Origin: Bacilli bacterium
Lineage (GTDB): Bacteria; Bacillota_I; Bacilli_A; RFN20; CAG-826
Direction: 5' to 3'
NCBI GenBank assembly: GCA_017447725.1
Contig: JAFSMX010000018.1
Location: 1 to 63,014, forward strand
Length of the DNA: 63,014 nt
A model generated the notes under the pieces. That model was not told the origin of the DNA. It made no database searches and worked only from the letters and a program-made list of their open reading frames with translations. Shown here in pieces: positions 44,763 through 53,443 of this stretch. A program made the translations under genes and the position numbers. Every line of letters begins with the position of its first letter. Position 1 is the first letter of the stretch.

Positions 44763-45905
44763 TTAGTTTTCATCTTTATGTTTTTTGGTTTCAAGAATCA
44801 TTTGTTCCATACGACTCATACAGTGTTCAATAGAGTACTCATCAGCGAAACCATCATAAAGCTTTTCAATACGTTCTTTTTCTTCAGGGTGATCGATAAA
44901 ATAATCAATCAGTTTCGATAAAGATTTATAGTTACGTTTCTTAAAAATACATTTCTTATCACGAACAAATAGACGAGTGGCGCTTTTCTTACTATCCGAA
45001 ACAATGGTCAGTTTTTGGCAAGCTAGTGCTTCAATACAAGCAATGCCTTCTAATTCTACAATTGCTGGATGAACATAGATATCTGAGTAATGCATAATAT
45101 CCACTACTTCCTCACGAGTAAATTGTTGCATCACAATTGGATTAGTGAGCTTTTTCGCCAGACGTCTAAACTTACCTTCTTGTAAACCTTGTCCAGCTAA
45201 AACAAGCTGAATTTCTTTCTCGTGTTTACTATTTAAAACAGCCTTAATTAAGGTGTCTTGGGATTTCTCTTTGGAGAGTCGACCAACGGAAGAAATGACA
45301 ATTTTATCCGCAAATTGTTGGGGTTTTTCCACAATTCTAGGTCTCATATCAGGGTTAACACCATTGGAGATAACATAACCATTTGTGTGACAATGAATAT
45401 TCTTTTCAAAGATGTCACGAATAAACTTGGTTGGATAATGAATCGCATCAACTTTAGAGAATGTATTACGGTAAATGTACTTATAAACCCAGTGGTTCAC
45501 TAATCCGAAATTCTTCAAACCAAAATATGAGGTGAGGTTTTCAGCTTGCATATGAAAACCAATTGATACGGGGATATTATATTTATTCGCTAAACGGATG
45601 ACTGTGTTACATAGATGAAACGGAACAATCGCGTGAATATAATCCGCTCCATCCAAACATTCGTTAATGACGTTATCATCAGCGTGAGAAAGTTTAATTC
45701 CAACGCGGTCAAGTAATCCGTTAAAGATCTTTAAATCAAGTGTTGGAACAATATAGAATCGATCATCGTCTTCTTTATCGCTATACGGGCAGAGAACACG
45801 GACATCATAATTATGATCCATTAAGTAACGAACAAGGTTCATTGTGGCAACATTTGTCCCGTTACCTTCGTTACATAAGACATCACTAACAATAACAATT
45901 TTCAT
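44763..45905 (-). CDS. GT4-family glycosyltransferase (possible glycolipid synthase)
   Basis: GT-B fold pattern with MKIVIVSD...GNGT at the N-terminus and an E-rich C-terminal motif (VELEGIACIEALA). 380 aa. Confidence 0.7.
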   Translation of the reverse strand: MKIVIVSDVLCNEGNGTNVATMNLVRYLMDHNYDVRVLCPYSDKEDDDRFYIVPTLDLKIFNGLLDRVGIKLSHADDNVINECLDGADYIHAIVPFHLCNTVIRLANKYNIPVSIGFHMQAENLTSYFGLKNFGLVNHWVYKYIYRNTFSKVDAIHYPTKFIRDIFEKNIHCHTNGYVISNGVNPDMRPRIVEKPQQFADKIVISSVGRLSKEKSQDTLIKAVLNSKHEKEIQLVLAGQGLQEGKFRRLAKKLTNPIVMQQFTREEVVDIMHYSDIYVHPAIVELEGIACIEALACQKLTIVSDSKKSATRLFVRDKKCIFKKRNYKSLSKLIDYFIDHPEEKERIEKLYDGFADEYSIEHCMSRMEQMILETKKHKDEN

Positions 45906-45979
45906 TCTCGCCCTCCTATAAAGACGTAAAAAATAATCTACTAGATATTGTCTTATTTGTAAACAAATATCTCAAATAA

Positions 45980-46011
45980 AAGCACCTATCAGTTTGTTTG
46001 GATAGGTGCTT
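45980..46011 (-). terminator. Rho-independent terminator after the LRR gene
   Basis: aagcacctatc/gataggtgctt 11-bp stem, followed on the minus strand by ttatttgag. Confidence 0.7.
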
Positions 46012-46029
46012 ATTAGGAATGATTATTTT

Positions 46030-47251
46030 TTAATGTGTTACTCCAAAGGTAATCGAACAGAAACAGTTCTTTGACCAATTAAACCATGGTTGAGGTCCGT
46101 ATGTTGGATCGTCTTTGTCTAGATCCGCCATTTCTTCAAGAGTGTATTCAACCTCAATTGACATTGGGGATTCACAATAAGCAAAGGCTTCTTCACCAAC
46201 ACTAGTGATTGTTTTCGGTAGATAGACTGTTCCAAGTAGACGACAATGTCCAAAGGCTAGTGGTTCAATCGAGGTTGTACCATTTAATGAAACAGAGATG
46301 TTTTTACATCCATAGAAGAGACCTCTAGGAATCGTGACTAAATCATTAAAGTAGCCGTATGTGTTTTTAAAACTAACACAGTTTTCTAAGACATATTCAC
46401 TAACTTTAGATATGTGACAATTATCTAAAACAATGTCTTCAAGAAGTGGACAGTTCGAGAAGCATCCTGTATTAAGTTTTAATGATGCTTCTTCATTACC
46501 ATCATAAATGATGGTGAGATTCTTCACGAAGGCAAAGTTAGACATATATCCGGCACGAAGAATGAGGTTATGATCACTTTTTTGTTTGAAGTGAATTGTC
46601 ACATCACTAAGATTTGAACAATGTCCAAAGACATCATTAAATGATTCAAGTTGTTCATAGTTTAGTTTGACAGACGTTAGTTGATGACAGTTTTTAAATG
46701 CGTCATCTTCTAACACAAGACTTTTTGCACCAGTGAAATCGATACTTTCAATCTTTGATGATTCAAAGGCGCCTTCTTCGATTCTCTTTAAAGAAGAGAT
46801 ATCTTCAAATGTTAATGATTTGATGTTTGAATAGCGGAAAGCGTGAGATTCAATACGAGTGACACTACTAGGAACAAGTAATGTTTCTAAAGAAGAAGTT
46901 TCTTCAAAACAAGATGAGGAGAGACTTGATACATTTACTCCTTGAGCAAATTCCACCTTTTTTAGCGCTGTATAACCTTTAAAGGCGTTATCTTGGAGTT
47001 GACCAACACCACTAAGGTAAACCTCTTCTAAAGTTGATTTAGAATTTGGGATTAAACTTAAAGCTTTTGCTAAAGAAGCGACCTTCGAATAAAGTTTTGT
47101 TAAACTTGGGCAATCCTCAAAGGCGGATTCATGAACATCTAATCCATCTTCTCCATTGTTTAACTTTCTAATGCACTCATCTAAATCAATAGTTGCTTAT
47201 CGGTCCAACATATTTGTCTTCAGTATAGAAATCCGCATTAATTCTTTTCAT
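46030..47251 (-). pseudogene. BspA-type leucine-rich-repeat protein gene interrupted by a frameshift near its 5' end
   Basis: The LRR frame is open from 47196 to 46030, but the only SD-linked ATG (47251, MKRINADFYTEDKYVGPISNY*) is in another frame and stops at 47186. Total span is 1222 nt, which is not a multiple of 3. Confidence 0.6.
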
Positions 47252-47540
47252 TATTTTCGCCCTTTTTTATATACATTTTCATAACAAAAAAGAGTCATCA
47301 AGTGACCCCTCAAACTTACCTTTATTAATAGTATTAATACTGTAGATATCAAAGATGTGGTGATAAATAATATTATTAATTAAAGGTAAATTTTTTTATT
47401 TTTAAAAACTTCGTATGTGCATTGGTAATGTAAATTGCAATAATGTCTATATTTTGGCACCTCATAAAAAAGAATAGAAGAACTGATAATTTCTCAAAAT
47501 TTTTTAATGAAAACTATCAAAATATTTTCTTATTTCTTCT

Positions 47541-48382
47541 TTATTTAACTGTTTCATTTATCCACTCAATAACAAGATTAATCACTTCTTCAAATTCCAA
47601 ACCAGCAGCATATTTAGCTCTTTTAACATAAGAGTTCCAGCGCTTGTTCATTTGAATATTTAATTTTATTTCTTCTAATAAAGATAAGGCGTCTTTTTTT
47701 GAAATATTAAAACCTCTATATTTACAAGTTTCTTCAAAAGCTTTCTTTAAGATATTTTTATCAACATTAACAAGCTGCGTTTTCTTAAAATATACAAATC
47801 ATAAAAATCTTTGCTTCTGCTATTGGCGATTTGTCTAGCAAGTATGGTTTCTAATTTTTCCGCAATAACACTTTCTAAGCTATACGCCTTAATAGGTAGT
47901 GTCTCTCCAGTAACTAAGCATTTATAATCATAATTCCTTTCTGATGGGATTATTGGATCGCCAGTAGCAACATCAATACCAAATTCATATTTTACATTAT
48001 CGAGTTTGCCCACTACTTTAACTTGGAATCCACCGTATTGGTCGTCAAGCCTGATATCACTAGACCCAACCACTTTAAATGTCACACCATCGTTAAGATC
48101 AATGATAGCTATATCAGTTATTAATCTAACAATGTTCTCTTTTTCCATTGAGAGACGCTTGATATAGAAGTCTATGTCCATTGTGCTTCTTGTATCTATT
48201 CCAAGAACGCTTGATAAATAGAGACCGCCTTTAAGCACAAACTTATTCTTATATGGAGAGATTGATAACCTAGCTAAAAACGCGTCGAAAAAGAACCTAT
48301 CATAAACAATATTTTGTGATATGCCTAATTTATTAGAAAGATTATTTGCTCTTGTTTTTAATGAATCTTTATTAATCTGCAT
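47541..48382 (-). pseudogene. abiEii: AbiEii/AbiGii-family nucleotidyltransferase toxin gene, frameshifted
   Basis: N-terminal 211 aa (FVLKGGLYL...MDIDFY) stop at 47747. The family-typical C-terminus (...KNILKKAFEETCKYRGF...VKRAKYAAGLEFEEVINLVIEWINETVK*) continues in another frame to 47541. The indel must lie in 47750-47798. Confidence 0.7.
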
Positions 48383-48983
48383 TAACCATTACCTCCATTA
48401 CTTCATAAACTTTCTTTTCGATTCCTAGTTCTCTAGCATATTTAAAAAGCTTAGATTGATTGTTGATGTTTCTAACATAAAACTTAATAGCCTTAATAAA
48501 TGTTTCCCCGTCATACTTATCACGGTATTTGATCACATCGCATATTGTTCTTTCTTCATCATAAGTTTTAACAATATTACCAAACATTGTTTTGACTTCT
48601 TTGATGCCTAGTTCATAAACATTTTTGTTTGATAGTTTATGAACAATAAGTAAATCGATTTTGCTCCTAGATGGATGGTAATTTTGTGGGGCACTTACTT
48701 CGATGTCGGTTGGTATTTTATCAGTAAGCCCAAGTAGATAAAGAGCGCATAGCCCTGAAAAGATATATTTAGGATACCTTCTTTGAATGATGTAATAATA
48801 ATCAACAATGTATTTATCATTGGCATAAAAGCCAGGAGCAATCTTATTGAGGTTGTTCCTTTTAACAAAATCGGAAAGAAACCATGATGATATATTAGCG
48901 TTATCGACATCTTCACGAGTGATATATCCACCATTGGTTTTAAAAATCTTTTCAAGTTTTGAATAGTTTGTGTTATCTTTCAT
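48372..48983 (-). CDS. abiEi: AbiEi-family antitoxin/transcriptional regulator
   Basis: GGYITREDVDNANISSWFLSDFVKRNNLNKIAPGFYA wHTH-like N-terminus. Has an 11-nt overlap with the downstream abiEii. Confidence 0.7.
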   Translation of the reverse strand: MKDNTNYSKLEKIFKTNGGYITREDVDNANISSWFLSDFVKRNNLNKIAPGFYANDKYIVDYYYIIQRRYPKYIFSGLCALYLLGLTDKIPTDIEVSAPQNYHPSRSKIDLLIVHKLSNKNVYELGIKEVKTMFGNIVKTYDEERTICDVIKYRDKYDGETFIKAIKFYVRNINNQSKLFKYARELGIEKKVYEVMEVMVNAD

Positions 48984-49612
48984 ATGCACCTTATTTTATA
49001 ATTTTTAGTGTGCATTTACAAGAAATAATACAAATAATTTTTTGCGATGATGATTTTGGGTGTTTTTAACTGTTCTTTATGTTTTAAAAATAAGCTTAAA
49101 ATTGTTTCAAGGTGCTACTAAATTATTGGCTTTTTTACTTTTTGGAATTGAACCAAAAAAATTAAAAAGTGGTTGTTTTCCAAAAATGTTATAAAAATAA
49201 ACGTATGATGGTAAACGGCGATTTAATTTATAGGACTCAAGTATTAATAAGCCTAATTATTAAATCTAATCCTAGATCTAAGTCATCTTCTTTATATAAC
49301 AAAATAAAGGATATTTGTGCTAATTTGATATGTCCTGCACAGTGCAGTACATAGCCACAATAAAACAAGATACGACGGAGTGATTTGTAATATTTATAAT
49401 CCCTAATAATTTAGGAACATTTTAACATGTCGAACGACTGATAAACATAAACAAATAACATAGTTATTTGTAAAAAGATACTTCTAAATTGAGTTTTGTA
49501 AACAGGTGTAAATTGCTAAATCAAAACACTTGCAAAAAGGTGTAAATTGTATGAAAGAAAATATTTATCGAAACTAGAAGAACTCAAGGTATTTAAAACT
49601 TTTAGACAGACA

Positions 49613-50962
49613 TTATTTCTTTAAAGATAATCCGACAATAGTTTCAACGTGAAAAGTCATTGGAAACATATCGACTGGTTGGATATCTAAAATTGAGTAT
49701 TTTTGAGAAAGTAGTTTTAAATCGCGTGCAAGTGTTTCTGGGTCACATGAAACATAACAAATTGTTGGAGGTTCCTCTTTTAATAGGGATTCGATAAATT
49801 CAGGAGTTAATCCTTTTCGTGGAGGATCAACAAAAACACAATCGAATTTTCTTCCTTCATAACGGAGTTTAGAATAAATTTCACCAGCATCACCAACAAA
49901 GAATTCCGCATTATTAATTTTGTTTAATTTAGCATTTCTTTTAGCATCAATAATCGCTTCTTTAACAATCTCTGCTCCAACGACATTTTGTGCGTGTTTT
50001 GCCGCGATTAATGAAATTGTTCCAATTCCGCAATAAGCATCAAATACTTTAGAATTGCAGGTTATTTTTGCTAAATCAAACGCGGTTTGATAAAGTTTTT
50101 CAACTTGAATAGGATTGACCTGGAAAAATGATTTTGAAGAGATTAAAAAGTCTACTCCTAAAATTGAATCTTTAATCTGTCCACTACCATAAAGAACTCT
50201 TTCTTTTTCTCCAAGAATAACGTTTGTATCTCGGTGATTGATATTTTGAATAACTGTAGAAATATTTGGGCAACGTTTAACAAGTTCTTTCACAAAGTTG
50301 TTTTTGCCTTTAAATTCATCGAGTCTAGTGACTAAAGTCACCATAATCTCATCATAATGCTTAGAAGTTCTAATTAAGACATGTCTAATTAAGCCTGTTT
50401 GTTGATCTTCATCGTAAGGAGCGTACTTAAATTCCTTCATTAATTGTTTAATTGTATAAATAATCTTTGAAGAACGTTCATCCTCAATCATACATTGCTC
50501 AATTGGGATGATCTTGTGTGTGCCTTGCCGATAGAATCCAGAAACAATATGTCCATGTGGATCACGACCAATTGGAACTTGAATTTTATTACGGTATTGA
50601 TAAGGATTTTCCATACCAAACACTGGTAAAACCCGAATATTTTTCAAATCGTGACGTCTTAAAGCATCTTCGACTTTATGTTGTTTATAACCTAATTGAG
50701 CATGATAAGAAAGTTGTTGAAGCTGACATCCACCACAGGCTGTACAAACACCACATCGTGGTTGAATTCGTTCAGGAGACTTACTTATCAAGCGATAGAC
50801 TTTACCAAAATAATTTCCAGCGCGTTTATATTGAATTTCAATCTCTGCTTCTTCGCCCGGAAATAATCCATCAACAAAGACCGTTCCATAAGAAAGCTTC
50901 ACCACACCTTTTCCTTCAAAGGAGAGGTCAACACATTTTCCTTTAACACGGTCAAATTTCAT
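49613..50962 (-). CDS. rlmD: 23S rRNA (uracil-5-)-methyltransferase RlmD/RumA family
   Basis: TRAM-like N-terminus, CGVCTACGGCQLQ Fe-S motif, SAM motif DAYCGIGT, and DPPRKG. Confidence 0.85.
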   Translation of the reverse strand: MKFDRVKGKCVDLSFEGKGVVKLSYGTVFVDGLFPGEEAEIEIQYKRAGNYFGKVYRLISKSPERIQPRCGVCTACGGCQLQQLSYHAQLGYKQHKVEDALRRHDLKNIRVLPVFGMENPYQYRNKIQVPIGRDPHGHIVSGFYRQGTHKIIPIEQCMIEDERSSKIIYTIKQLMKEFKYAPYDEDQQTGLIRHVLIRTSKHYDEIMVTLVTRLDEFKGKNNFVKELVKRCPNISTVIQNINHRDTNVILGEKERVLYGSGQIKDSILGVDFLISSKSFFQVNPIQVEKLYQTAFDLAKITCNSKVFDAYCGIGTISLIAAKHAQNVVGAEIVKEAIIDAKRNAKLNKINNAEFFVGDAGEIYSKLRYEGRKFDCVFVDPPRKGLTPEFIESLLKEEPPTICYVSCDPETLARDLKLLSQKYSILDIQPVDMFPMTFHVETIVGLSLKK

Positions 50963-50965
50963 TTG

Positions 50966-53371
50966 TTATTCCTTAAGTGATTCGGCAGGACGCTTTCGTC
51001 CAGCAGCAATGGCTGGTAGTAAACAAGCAACAACGCCAATAAGAATAGCGGCAATAAATAATGTTGGAACAACCCAAGGTTGGATTGTTGAGAATGTTGC
51101 TGCAGAAGGAGTTAAGATTTTTAAATTAGCAGCTGAAATTAATGAGACAACGACTTTAGCGACGATTGGCGCTAGACCAAAGCAAAGGCCAATTCCAAGT
51201 AAACCGGCGACAACTCCAATGATGGTTGCCTCGATAATAAACATCAACGAAATATCGATACGCCGTGCACCTAAACTTCTTAATAATCCAATCTCTCGTT
51301 TTCTCTCATTTACCGAAATATATGTGAGAATTGCGGTTAAAATCATCGCTACAATGATAGTTACAAGGGAGAAAATTAACATCACTGATGAGAATGTTGA
51401 TGCAATTGAAGAGAAGGCTGCTGTAACGGTTTCTAGATAGTCTTTTGTTTTTAAGACGATATCAGAATCTTTATCCATGCCTTTAACGTACTTATCAATG
51501 TAGTCAGCAATCTGGGCTCTTTGTTGGAATGTTGCTGTGTAATAGTAGATCGCGGTGACACGACTTGATGAGCCGATATCAACTAATCGAGATTCATATT
51601 GATAGTTCGCTGTAATAGCTCGACCATTCACATAAGTATCCTCAAAAGCCTTTCGCTCTTTGTAATGGGTGTTATACGTAGTTCCGTATTCCTTCTGGTC
51701 TTTAACAATCTGTGAGGCACTATTAATTGGTCGAATAACTGTTTCTAGGAATGATGGGTTGTACAACAAAATCGTTTTATATAGTGGGTTTGGAGAATCT
51801 TTCTTTGGACGAATGATTCCGGTAATTTTCATTTCGTGGACGGAATGGTTCTCATAGAGATCTTTATATTCCGAGTCACCTTTTGGTTCGTAATAATGTT
51901 TTCCTTTGTATTCGCCTTCTGTTTCTTCGTGTTGAATGAAATAGTGATCGTTAGAAACAACACGGTATTCCTTTTTGTTAAGGATTTCATCAAAGGTGAT
52001 ATTATCACCGGATGTATCAAAACCCATGTTGGTTAAATAACCAAGGTCTATACGGTTAAATGTATCTAGGACAAGAGTTAAATCCTCATTGTTTTCTGGA
52101 AGATGTCCAGCAAGAACGTCGTATTGCTCTTTAATGAATTTATAAGCATCGTTACCTTCTTCATCTTTCTTGGTGTAAGGCGCAATCGACATTGTATAGG
52201 ATGTTGAAGACACCTTTTCATATGATCCAGAAGATGGAGAAGTAAATAAGTTAAACGTTAAAGATTCGTTTGTTTGTCGTCCAGCGTAATAATCCTTTGG
52301 CATATCATCCATGTAATCCATGAATTGTTTTTGCATCGAGATATAGTGTTCTTGAACTTCATAATCAGATTTCTCGATGATGATTTCGTTAGCATCTGGA
52401 AATTCGACTAAGTTATCCTTGTTAGATTCACTAGATGATTTTGGATAGCAAGAAACATAAACTGGGTAGTCTCCGATGGCTTCTTTTTGGGCTTGCGCGA
52501 CAAAGTCATTCACGCCTTTGGTCATGGATAAAACTAGACCTGCCGCAGCTAGACCAATCGCAGTCGCAATGGCGATTGGAATCGATCTTCCTTTTTTCTT
52601 AATAACATTTCGACAAGACCATTTAAATGATGATGAAAATGGGAGATGAACTCTCTTCAAAGGCTCTCGATTAACAGGGATTTGCGGTACTTTTTGTAGA
52701 TTTTCGTCATTTAAAATCTTTCCATAGGAGATTTCAATCATACGGTCAGCGTATTCTTTCGCCATACGCTCATTATGGGTCACCATGACGACGAGATGTT
52801 CCTTGGAAATCTCTTTTAAGATATGCATAACAATCTTGCTAGATTTCTCATCAAGAGCACCAGTTGGTTCATCAGCAAGAATAATGGTCGGATTAGTAAT
52901 TAAAGCACGCGCAATCGCAACACGTTGTTGTTGACCACCGCTAAGTTGCTTTGGATAACGTTTTCCATATTTTGGTAGTTCAACTGCTACTAAAGCATCG
53001 TGAATCTTCTTATCCATGTCTTTGGTTTGTTTAGACATTTGTAAAGTAATCGCGATGTTTTCTTTAACATTCAAGTGAGGTAAAAGATAGTAGTTTTGAA
53101 AAATGAAGCCAACTTCTTGGTTTCGATAAGAGTTCCAATCACCTTTCGAAAATTTCGAGGTGTTACGACCATTAACGATCATTTCACCTTCATCAGCTAA
53201 ATCTAATCCGCCTAAAACATTTAGAAGGGTCGATTTACCACATCCAGAAGCGCCATAAATGGCGATAAATCCTTTATCAGGTAAAGTTAAAGATAGATGA
53301 TCTAAAGCAATTACTTCTTCATCTTTATTTGGTGATTTGAATTTTTTGACTAGATTTTTAACAACTATCAT
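50966..53371 (-). CDS. MacB-type fused ABC ATPase/FtsX-like permease with a large extracytoplasmic domain
   Basis: GASGCGKST, LSGGQQQR, LADEPTGALD. TM1 lies at ~aa 265, followed by a ~370-aa loop and a C-terminal FtsX-type helix bundle. Confidence 0.85.
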   Translation of the reverse strand: MIVVKNLVKKFKSPNKDEEVIALDHLSLTLPDKGFIAIYGASGCGKSTLLNVLGGLDLADEGEMIVNGRNTSKFSKGDWNSYRNQEVGFIFQNYYLLPHLNVKENIAITLQMSKQTKDMDKKIHDALVAVELPKYGKRYPKQLSGGQQQRVAIARALITNPTIILADEPTGALDEKSSKIVMHILKEISKEHLVVMVTHNERMAKEYADRMIEISYGKILNDENLQKVPQIPVNREPLKRVHLPFSSSFKWSCRNVIKKKGRSIPIAIATAIGLAAAGLVLSMTKGVNDFVAQAQKEAIGDYPVYVSCYPKSSSESNKDNLVEFPDANEIIIEKSDYEVQEHYISMQKQFMDYMDDMPKDYYAGRQTNESLTFNLFTSPSSGSYEKVSSTSYTMSIAPYTKKDEEGNDAYKFIKEQYDVLAGHLPENNEDLTLVLDTFNRIDLGYLTNMGFDTSGDNITFDEILNKKEYRVVSNDHYFIQHEETEGEYKGKHYYEPKGDSEYKDLYENHSVHEMKITGIIRPKKDSPNPLYKTILLYNPSFLETVIRPINSASQIVKDQKEYGTTYNTHYKERKAFEDTYVNGRAITANYQYESRLVDIGSSSRVTAIYYYTATFQQRAQIADYIDKYVKGMDKDSDIVLKTKDYLETVTAAFSSIASTFSSVMLIFSLVTIIVAMILTAILTYISVNERKREIGLLRSLGARRIDISLMFIIEATIIGVVAGLLGIGLCFGLAPIVAKVVVSLISAANLKILTPSAATFSTIQPWVVPTLFIAAILIGVVACLLPAIAAGRKRPAESLKE

Positions 53372-53401
53372 ACGTGTATATTATACACATTGACACGAAA
53401 A

Positions 53402-53425
53402 AAGAGGCAACTAATGTCGCCTCTT
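53402..53425 (-). terminator. Rho-independent terminator after the 900-aa lipoprotein gene
   Basis: aagaggc/gcctctt stem, followed on the minus strand by ttttttcg. Confidence 0.65.
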
Positions 53426-53443
53426 TTAGAATTGAGTTGTTAA

